IMG/VR virus record: IMGVR_UViG_3300033978_000437
Origin: a virus
Reading direction: 5' to 3' (one strand)
DNA: 64,000 bases
The notes under the pieces are model-generated. The model ran no database searches and was not told where the DNA came from. It saw only the letters and a list, made by a program, of their open reading frames with translations. Both the position numbers and the translations under genes were made by a program. Shown here piece by piece: positions 17,924-26,600 of this stretch (its first letter is position 1; each line of letters opens with the position of its first letter).

Positions 17924-18715
17924 TTACCCTTTAGCTATTGCTCGTACTTTGTCAAACAAACAACGCAATGACTCTTTTCGCTCAACTCCACGAATATCCC
18001 CATAATTTTCTGTAGCAGTTTTTCCAGTATATAAATGCAATATGTAGCCTGCCAACCTCGTTTGGTCCCCTTCAATCTTAAGATGCCCAGTTAAAGGAGT
18101 TTGGTCATGCCCAAGGCGGAACAATAAATCTAATTTATCCCTATCTCCAAACAATATATTTTCATTAAAGCGTAGAGAAGAATCTTCTCGGAAGACTAAT
18201 TGACTTTCCTCTAAAAAAGTATTTAACTTTTGCCCATAGTGCTCAAAGGGTATGCGTGCCATAGGTAAGCTATAATACTGGCTAGGATGTTCTTCTGTAG
18301 TTTGTTTAAATTGATTCCAACCTTCTTGATCAAAAATACAATCACCATCTAGTATAATTGCATTTGTGGCAAACACATGACCATAGTCTATAGCCGTATT
18401 TCTTGCAGAATTAATACCAATTACTTCTAAGTTAAAAGCTTCGTTTGAAGCTTTGGACTGTTGCATTATTTTAAGCTTATCCCAATGTAATGGCAATTCT
18501 AGGTAGCGTACACGATGTTCCAGCAACAAGTCTTCTAGCTGTTTTTGAAAAGGTAAATCTACAAAACGATTTAACAAAAAAAGTTTAATTGTGTCTGGAA
18601 AATAAGGTTCATTTTTTAAGGTAAATTCTAATGCCTTCAGTCTGGCTCCTGGCGTATCTCTAGGCGGGTTCTCATTACCAAGGATACGAACAATAGCAAA
18701 TTTATAGTTTTTCAT
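17924..18715 (-). CDS. GT-A glycosyltransferase-like protein
   Basis: GINSARNTAI...AIILDGDCIF (DxD). Confidence 0.6.
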   Translation of the reverse strand: MKNYKFAIVRILGNENPPRDTPGARLKALEFTLKNEPYFPDTIKLFLLNRFVDLPFQKQLEDLLLEHRVRYLELPLHWDKLKIMQQSKASNEAFNLEVIGINSARNTAIDYGHVFATNAIILDGDCIFDQEGWNQFKQTTEEHPSQYYSLPMARIPFEHYGQKLNTFLEESQLVFREDSSLRFNENILFGDRDKLDLLFRLGHDQTPLTGHLKIEGDQTRLAGYILHLYTGKTATENYGDIRGVERKESLRCLFDKVRAIAKG

Positions 18716-18716
18716 T

Positions 18717-18734
18717 TTAAAATCCAGAATTTAA
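18717..18734 (-). promoter_or_regulatory. Dyad motif copy 2 (TTAAATTCTGGATTTTAA)
   Basis: Immediately upstream of ATG 18715. Confidence 0.5.
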
Positions 18735-18739
18735 AGTCA

Positions 18740-19042
18740 AGCTAGGCAGTCGCACCCGGTCCGGCGTTTCCGCTTTTCCTCGTCGAAACGTGACACTCTG
18801 TAATGTGTCAGAGGTCTCAAGTTATATGGTGGTAGGGCGAAAGGAGACCTGAGGCATCGTGGACCCTTTAAAACAGCCACCATTCCAACTGCCCGAAACA
18901 CTGATCGCAAGGAATTTTCCTCAGCAGCGTTCTGCGCATTTGCCTACTAGAAACAAATGCACCCAGCTGCTAGGGATGATTCGGGGAACTTACCAACCCG
19001 CCTTGCGCCCTACACAGCCACTTACTCGACACACAGATTCAT
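18740..19042 (-). ncRNA. Candidate ~300-nt structured RNA
   Basis: Intergenic; long-range helix 18832-18844 with 19001-19013; hairpins GCATTTGTT/GGCAAATGC, AGGTCTC/GAGACCT, TGACAC/GTGTCA, GCG-GAAA-CGC; G-U pairs favour the minus sense. Confidence 0.5.
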
Positions 19043-22000
19043 TTAATTCTTTGCAAAGTGACGCAGAAGCCTTACGGCTCTGTCACCAGCTGATTTTTTT
19101 GAGAAATTCTCTATAATCCGGCCAGTTATGGGATCATATTTTTTTGCGTTGTCTATGGCTTGCCTAATCCCGCCCTCTATAGAGTTATTAGGGAAAATCT
19201 GGCTAGTAGGACTAGCCAACCTTGGATCTCTAGTCCGCGCCGCAATTTGCTTGTCTGCTTGTTCTCGCTCGTATTGTTGATTTTGCTGTGCGTAGTCAGG
19301 ACGGTGTGTGGTTGCTTCTGGTGCATGCAAAGGATTAGCTTTACCCCCACCAAACATACCATTCTGGTGCATCATGTAGAGAGCGGGTAAGCTAAGCCCA
19401 CCGAGTGCCGCACCTTGGCCACCGCCAATAGCACCACCCGCAAGAGCACCGCCACCAGCTAACAATGCAGGCATTAACCAATGTTTGTTCTCTTCAAAGA
19501 ACTGGCCTATCCCACCCATGCCGCCACCAAGATCTTGACGGATGCCCGACAAGTTATTGTGTGTTTCATTACGCAACATATTCATCTGCGCATTCATTCT
19601 TTCGGATGCATCATTTATGCCACTGACAGCCTTGTTGCCTATGTAAGCACCAGTGCCAATACCGGCAGTTCCTAATCCTATCCCAGCTGTAAGCCCCTTA
19701 TTAGCTTTCATTGCGTCAAGTGCCGGGCGTACATTAGGTTTAACAAATTTCGTATAGCCATTACCTATGAGGCTAAATGGGTCTAGCTTATTCAATGCGG
19801 TTACCGTGTCACCTTGTGTACCAGGTATCGTCCATCCGAGACCAGCACGAGCATCGGTACCACCTGCGAAACGATTAGCCCTTGCTCCCAGAAACTTAGG
19901 CATTTTTGCAGGTGATATTCCTGCCCCTAAAAATCCAGCTTTACCGCCTAAGCCACCTGTATCAATGCCAAATGCCCCTGCCCCAAGATCCGCCGTAGAA
20001 CCGGCTAAACTACCAGCGTACATACGCTTCATTACATCTTGCACACCTTTGCCACCAAGAAGACCTGCACCTGCTCCGGCTAACGCACTTCCGCCAACTC
20101 GAGCGGCATAATCACCCCAGCCAGCATTCGGGTCATCGCTCGGAGTAAACGCACCAGTGAAGGGATTTGTTGCCCCAGTTCCTGCACCAGTCCACATTTG
20201 GCTGCGCATAGTCTTATCGTTCAATACTCCTTTTATTCCTTTGCTAATACTCGGCATCGAAGGACCAGCAGCCCCCGCACTATTTTTAGCAGCGTCATAA
20301 ACACTTTTTACAGCCGCACCCGGTCTAGCCAAACCCGTGCCTAAGTAATTAGCTGCAGATCGCGCCAGCCCTGCCCAATTAACAGCTTTCTTTTCATGAC
20401 TTTGCTTGCCCATCCCATTACCTGTGAAACCACCACCAAGACCATTAGCTCTCACCATATTCTGCGCACCAGTTGCCATATTTCTAAGATGCTGCATACC
20501 TACGCCAGAAGCTCCGCCCACTCCTGCTCCTGCTCCTGTCATCATATTTCCAAAATGCTGCATGCCTGCGTTAAGTACATTTTGGAATGGGTTACCACCG
20601 GTCGCAGGTGCACGTGACATCACAGCTTGCATAGGATTGCCTATTGCATTATTCATGAAATTACCTGCGCTATTAATTGCATTATTACCCACATTCTCTA
20701 CCCCTTGCTGCATTCCTTGCTTCGCTCCAGCTTGAACCGCTCCAGGCATTTTAGCTGCAGCATAACCTGCACCACCTAGTGCACCACCTAAACCGAGTGC
20801 ACCTGCTCCCATCATAAGACCTTTTCCCCAGTTGCTTAGTTTTTCTAAGCCACGATTTAACTCTTTACCTACTTTGTACCCAAACTGATCCCCTGCTTGT
20901 TTAATCGCTGCATACATCTCGTGTTCGTTTCTACCTTCTTGAATCAATCGACCAAAGAAGTTACTTTGGAAATCGTTCAATCCTGCTTTCTTCGCCATCC
21001 TCAAATACTTGTCTAACGAGTCAAACGCAGCCGTGCCTGTTGCATGGTCTTCGTTCTGCTGTTTGTACTTCACACCTTTGCTATCCCCTGCAGCTGAGCG
21101 AGAAGGTGAGCAATTATCTTGCGAGGCAAGTTTATCTTGTGCAGCCTGTTGTATCCCAGCTGTATCTGCTTTTTTAGCAGGTGGCTTACCCGCATAAACA
21201 TTAGGCTTCTTTTCGGGCAATGGCATACCCGCAGTAAATACGGGCGGGGTTGGCCATTCAGCAAACTTAGTTTTATCCTTAGATAGCTTTTTGCCCTTTC
21301 GCAAAGCAGCTAAATCTGCTGCTTCGATTTTACCATTATCATTAACATCAATTTCTTCTTGGTTTCCGGTAAGCGGAGGTGTAAACGCACCTTCTTTTGC
21401 TGCCATCTCACGGAAAAGATTAGCACCTGCATGCGTACCTATGGAATTACCAACTAAACCACCAGCAGCAGCCCCACCAAGAGGACCGCCAAGACCAAGA
21501 GCTAAAGACGCACGAGGATTAAGTTTACCTTTAGATAACAAGAGTGCTAATAGCGCACCACCAGTTCCTACAGTGGCACCACCAATACCGCCAAGAAGCC
21601 CGCTAGAGGCACCAAATCGACTAGCCATCTGGCCTTCACCCATTGCGCTAACAAGTCGTCCTCGTCCAGGTATTGGATTAAAAAATCCATCTAGACTTCC
21701 ACCAACTCCCGGAACATAGGCTAACCCAGAAGCAGCACTATCTTTAAGTTTACGACCACCCTCTCCTAAAGCCTTTGTGGCTTTCTCTGCCAGATTTTCC
21801 ATGGGTTGGCCCCTCAATGACTCTACAGTTTTGCGAGCAGATTCAGGTAGGGCAGCAACTCCATCACCTATAACTTGTTGTGCTTCGGGAGGAAGGGCTG
21901 AAACTCCATCGTTTGCGGAAGAGCCTCTAATCTTTTGTAATAGGCTCATAGCTCCGTCTGCCACTGAGTTTTTTGCGTTTCTCAATGAGTCCATTATATC

Positions 22001-22051
22001 TGCATTTTTTTCGTACATGATTATCTCCGTAAAATCGAAACAAAACCGCAA
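19043..22051 (-). CDS. Large Gly/Ala-rich putative virion polyprotein with glycine zippers, an EF-hand-like loop and KxA motifs (likely start 22018)
   Basis: EKNAD, AKEGA, AKKAD, AKKAG, IKQAG, EKKAV, KKSAG; DVNDNGKIEAAD loop; multiple GxxxG arrays. Confidence 0.6.
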   Translation of the reverse strand: MRFCFDFTEIIMYEKNADIMDSLRNAKNSVADGAMSLLQKIRGSSANDGVSALPPEAQQVIGDGVAALPESARKTVESLRGQPMENLAEKATKALGEGGRKLKDSAASGLAYVPGVGGSLDGFFNPIPGRGRLVSAMGEGQMASRFGASSGLLGGIGGATVGTGGALLALLLSKGKLNPRASLALGLGGPLGGAAAGGLVGNSIGTHAGANLFREMAAKEGAFTPPLTGNQEEIDVNDNGKIEAADLAALRKGKKLSKDKTKFAEWPTPPVFTAGMPLPEKKPNVYAGKPPAKKADTAGIQQAAQDKLASQDNCSPSRSAAGDSKGVKYKQQNEDHATGTAAFDSLDKYLRMAKKAGLNDFQSNFFGRLIQEGRNEHEMYAAIKQAGDQFGYKVGKELNRGLEKLSNWGKGLMMGAGALGLGGALGGAGYAAAKMPGAVQAGAKQGMQQGVENVGNNAINSAGNFMNNAIGNPMQAVMSRAPATGGNPFQNVLNAGMQHFGNMMTGAGAGVGGASGVGMQHLRNMATGAQNMVRANGLGGGFTGNGMGKQSHEKKAVNWAGLARSAANYLGTGLARPGAAVKSVYDAAKNSAGAAGPSMPSISKGIKGVLNDKTMRSQMWTGAGTGATNPFTGAFTPSDDPNAGWGDYAARVGGSALAGAGAGLLGGKGVQDVMKRMYAGSLAGSTADLGAGAFGIDTGGLGGKAGFLGAGISPAKMPKFLGARANRFAGGTDARAGLGWTIPGTQGDTVTALNKLDPFSLIGNGYTKFVKPNVRPALDAMKANKGLTAGIGLGTAGIGTGAYIGNKAVSGINDASERMNAQMNMLRNETHNNLSGIRQDLGGGMGGIGQFFEENKHWLMPALLAGGGALAGGAIGGGQGAALGGLSLPALYMMHQNGMFGGGKANPLHAPEATTHRPDYAQQNQQYEREQADKQIAARTRDPRLASPTSQIFPNNSIEGGIRQAIDNAKKYDPITGRIIENFSKKSAGDRAVRLLRHFAKN

Positions 22052-22100
22052 ACTTAGTTATTACTTTAACTTTGTTTGTTAACTTTAGCAATCGTTAGGA

Positions 22101-23621
22101 CTAAAGTTCCTTAAGCAAATCTAGAAACTTGTCATTTAGCTGCTGCTTACGATTACCCGCCGCAATGAGGTAATCATCGGTAGCAGATAAAGGATTAACT
22201 TTAATTCCGATGTAGCGTAGTAGAGACTTTAATCGACTTGGGGCTGTTCTAGCTATATATCTCTCTATCTTTACTTTCCTATCTGCAAGAGGAAGGTGGG
22301 CATGACTGTCATACCTTAATCCTCTACCTTCACTCTGCTCAGACCTAACATTATTCCAATGCGGATCCAATAGCTGCATAAGCTTCGTACCCTTAAACGA
22401 AAGTCCCTCAGTACCAGACGGACCAAGCAACGCTACCTTCAGCTTATCTGAGTTGTAGTCGTCTACCAGCTTCTTTCGTTGTTTGTCTGATAGTGCACCT
22501 GTGAAGGACGCTGCAGGGATACCAGCTTTGTCCAACGCAGCTTGATAAGGGTTCAGTCCTGACTCAATAAAGTTAGAGAAGATGAGAGCTTTACCCTTGG
22601 GATCCTTTTTAACCAACTCATTAACTCTTCTAAATGCTTCTGTTAGCTTTGGGGAACTGTTGAACGCAGCCATAGGGTCAGCTTTGTCTTGTGTGAATGT
22701 GCTAGTAGATAAACCCAGCTGTCTTGGCCCAGTCAAAAAGCTAACCATCTTCTTAGACTCTGCATCACTCAGCGGGTAGTTTAATTGCAACTTCCATTTG
22801 AGCAAGGCGGGTAGCTTACCATACATTTGTGAGTTTAGGTCCGTCTGATCCCTAGTCATCTCTGTAATCACATCTTCCCTATTGATCTCTGCTTGAGGCT
22901 TAGCTGGTGCAAAGTAATCTACCTTGCCTCTTAAGTTGTTCTTTAACTCCTCTACATTCTTTAAACCCGGATCGGGTGCCTTTAGATTAAAGAAACGGCG
23001 ATACAGCGAAGGTTGTGGGTCATTGTCTACATACCTAGCACTAAACTCTTCTGGAGTCGTATCCTTGCCGGTAAGCACGCTGTAAGGCACTGCAAAATCC
23101 GCAGGCGAGTTCACAATAGGAGTACCGCTTAGCATCACCACTTGTTTTGCTTTTCTAGCTGCGTCTAACAAATTCTGCGTCTGCGCAGATTGAGCGTTTC
23201 TAAACCGATGTGTTTCATCAATAAGCAACGAATTAGGATTCGCTATAGGAAGTCCTCTGCCTAGCCCAGTATGGCTCATAATGCTGCTAGGCACTGCCGT
23301 ATCTTGGTCGATGAACTTCTCTTGCTCTTTCCTTAGATTGGTACGGAGAGCAGCGGGTACGATTGCGGTGTAGGGGAGCTTCGAGCTTTCAGCAGCCGCT
23401 AAACCACCTAAGGTCTTACCCGAGCCCAGCCCTTGATACAGTAGCAATCTAACCTTGTCCTCAGTAGCAAGCTGATTTTGCACATTGCGTACAACTCTTT
23501 TTTGATGAGGTTGCAGCTCAATTCCAGAATTTAAATCTGCACGCTTGGTGAAACTCAACTTAGCAGCTTGCGTTGCTAAATAGGCAATTGCGTCAAAGGT
23601 ATTACTGGAGCGTTTAAACAC
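22101..23621 (-). CDS. SNF2/SF2 helicase-like ATPase with a KxA-type leader
   Basis: QGLGSGKT (I), LIDETH (II), LSGTPIVN (III), SEQSEGRGLRYDSH (VI); leader KRSSNTFDAIAYLATQAAKLSFTKRAD. Confidence 0.85.
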   Translation of the reverse strand: MFKRSSNTFDAIAYLATQAAKLSFTKRADLNSGIELQPHQKRVVRNVQNQLATEDKVRLLLYQGLGSGKTLGGLAAAESSKLPYTAIVPAALRTNLRKEQEKFIDQDTAVPSSIMSHTGLGRGLPIANPNSLLIDETHRFRNAQSAQTQNLLDAARKAKQVVMLSGTPIVNSPADFAVPYSVLTGKDTTPEEFSARYVDNDPQPSLYRRFFNLKAPDPGLKNVEELKNNLRGKVDYFAPAKPQAEINREDVITEMTRDQTDLNSQMYGKLPALLKWKLQLNYPLSDAESKKMVSFLTGPRQLGLSTSTFTQDKADPMAAFNSSPKLTEAFRRVNELVKKDPKGKALIFSNFIESGLNPYQAALDKAGIPAASFTGALSDKQRKKLVDDYNSDKLKVALLGPSGTEGLSFKGTKLMQLLDPHWNNVRSEQSEGRGLRYDSHAHLPLADRKVKIERYIARTAPSRLKSLLRYIGIKVNPLSATDDYLIAAGNRKQQLNDKFLDLLKEL

Positions 23622-23626
23622 TTAGT

Positions 23627-26600
23627 TTACCTTCCTTGAGTCGCCCAACTTGGTAGATCGGAAGAAAACCTAGAAGTAGCATAGGTGTTAGAAGGAGCCT
23701 TAGGTGCAGGAGCTTGTGCCATAGCAGTTGGTTTAACTGGATTAATTATATTAACACCGCTAGGTGACCAAGTTTTCCCGCTAGCTAGGGCCACACGCTG
23801 TTCTTTTTTAATGTCAAACATCGCTTTGTTGAGTGCAGTATGTTGAGGATCTTCTCCAGGCGGTGCAACATAAGTATTAGAAATGGATGCCGGTGCTTTA
23901 GCTAGTTCGGCAGAGCGTGGTCCATTTTTAGCATAGTGCTCTCCACCTTCGTTCATGGAGCCCTCTGGCAACCCTAGTTGCTTCTCTTTCTCTCTTCGCT
24001 CTCCACTAATGTCTATAGGCTTCCAAGTATTTGCGGGCTTAGGTGTAGCAGTTCTAAAACTTCCGCTAGTTGCGCTTGCTCGTGAATTACCAGAAGCACC
24101 ACGCTGCTGGTTAAATGCACCAGTGTTCGCATCAATGTTTGTTGTCACATTAGTAGGGCCGGGTTGTGTCTGCAAATCACCACGATAGAAGTTCTTACCA
24201 TTCCTTGTTTTTTGAGTTCCTGAATCGTAGGTAGAGGCCCCAGTTAGAATATTACCCATGCCACCATACTGAGCCCCATTCAATATTGAAGAGCCAAGAT
24301 TAGCTGCTGCAGCATTTCCGGGAGTTAAATAGCCGGGGGTTTCTGGCGCAAAATTAGAAGGGGGTGAAGCTTCAGGATTAGAGTCAATCAAATTAGTTGA
24401 AGGTAAGTTTTTGGGTGTAAAAGTAGCAGTATCGGGTTGAATTTTACCTCCGCTAAAAACTCCTTGGTGCGTGCCATTACCAACACCACCTATAGCGTTT
24501 TGTAGCTGCTCCACCTTAGTCCTATCTGTAGCCATATCATTAAAGTCTTCTTTAAACATGGAGCTATTACTAAGACCATTGCGTCTAAACGCAGGATGGT
24601 CACGAAGGCTACTAATAGGTGCAGAAGGAGGCACAGTACCGCCTTTTGGAGTGAAAGCTTGACCTGATTGCGCTGGGGCAGTCCTAAGCAAAGGATATGG
24701 TAACCTGCCTTCTGCTCCGTTTAGATACTGCGAGCCAAGCCCAGTATAGGGTATTGGTGGAGTAGCTGCAGGGGGAGTAAAGTTGTAAGTAGGGTTTTCA
24801 ACTCTATCTGGGAATACATGCCCACCCCAGCTATGCGTACCATTCCCAGTTGGGTTAGGAATACCTGAGGCAGCTCTAACTCTTGCAGCCTGATCTTTCA
24901 TTCTAGCTGTATCCTGTTCATTTAAAGCTACTACTCTGTTTAAGTAAGATCCTCCAGCTTGAGTCGCTGCCTGCTTAGCTAATGCAGCTATATAATCACT
25001 CGATTGTTTACCTATGTAAGGCTTACCAATCAGAGAAGGTAAAATTCCGGATTTTGGAAGACTAGCGTAGGGAGTAGCCTCGGGAGTAAGAGCAGGTAAC
25101 ACATTTGAGTTGAGAGCTTTGCGTATCTTGTCTACCATACTTTGGGTAGCTGCTTCTGAATTTGCAGCATCTTGACTACCACCTAGATAACGCATTGCCA
25201 GCCCGCTCCCTACTACGGGTAAGGATAACATTGCACCTATCCTAGACTTAGCTGCTAATCTTCCTAGATTTGAAACTCCCCAATTTAAAATTCTTTTAGG
25301 AGCAGCAATAGCGTTGCTTAAATTACCATAAGAATTTGTTCTAAATGCTAAAGATGTTGGATCCCCAAAGGAACTAGTCATACTCTGTCCGAGCGGAGTT
25401 CTATGCGCATAATCCACAAGCTTTAACTGTTGATCTCTGCTCAGACTCTCGAGTCCTCTGCCTAGACTGCTTGCAAATTCTGGCTTAGATTTGGCTAGTT
25501 GAAGCAGCTCGTCTTGCATTGCATTACGTGTAAGCCCATACTTATCCCCAGGTAAAACTGGAGCTATTGAGTTAAGTATGCGTTCTTTAGATGCATCCGC
25601 TAGCCCAGTTAAATGCTGTTTTAAAGCATCACCGGATAGGTTGTTGCCGTTAGAAATTAGCTTATTTTTTATAAAATCTCCTCGGCTATTTAACTTATTT
25701 ATTATCTCGTCTTGAGGTGCTAGGGACTTCTGACTAAACTCATTCATTCTATCATGACGCAGCTGCAATCTAGGTCTAAACTTAGAAGCCCATGCATCTT
25801 CCCTTTCGCCCAGCAACCCTTTACCTCGTAACCTTTCAATAAGGTTCTCCACTTTAGACTTTACTTTCCCCTGCATGGTATCCATTTTGCGAGCTATAGC
25901 TGCCCTGTCTGCTACAGCTTTTGCTGTATTGACATCGTTACGCGCAGCTGCTGTTCCTAACAGCGAAATTTTGTTGTTTCGAGCTGCCTCGTGTAGCGCA
26001 AATTGTCGCTGAAACATCGGTCCCTGTATCGCATCATCTCCGAGAAGTTCTGCACCCAACTGTGCATAAGCTGCAGCTGGCCCTTTATTGAATTGTCCGT
26101 AGTGCTCTGATAGTGAAGGACTCCATTTCATATTAGGCTGAGATCCGTCAGCTATCATTGTGGTAATAGGATTCTTGTAAACCTGTTCAATCATATCGCG
26201 CCCAATAAGTTTAGTACCATCGGGCCTCGTCCATACAGGTTGTTGAATTAAGTCCGTACCATGCTCAACATATGCTTTCAATTTTTCAGCAGCATTTAAT
26301 GTTGGAGAATTCATTTTCGTATTAAATTGATCCACTCGGTTCAACAAATTAGGTTCAAACTGGTCATACCGCTGCAGAGCTGGAATGCCTTTGTTCGCCC
26401 CGTAATTCACCGCTAAAGAGCCAGCACCTGCAATACCGCCTCCGGCCGCAGTCAAGTTACCAAGTCCTGTCATTATCCCAGATTGAGAAGGAGCAGAATT
26501 GATTACAAAGATAGGTTGTTGTTGTGGTTGCTGCATCCACTGCTGCTGGGGCTGTTGTGGCTGCTGCGGAGAATAAACAGAATCCATCGCTGATTTAGCT

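Noticed and set aside
18745-18765. GTCGCAC, resembling group II intron domain V
   Set aside because: The 5' half of domain V and the catalytic triad are absent, and no RT is present.
18905-18925. GAGGAAAATTCCTTGC, resembling the RNase P P4 5' strand
   Set aside because: No matching 3' P4 (AAAACxxGGCTTA) downstream.
18859-19116. 85-aa plus-strand ORF across the structured region
   Set aside because: Opposite to the operon, overlaps the large gene, and has no motifs.
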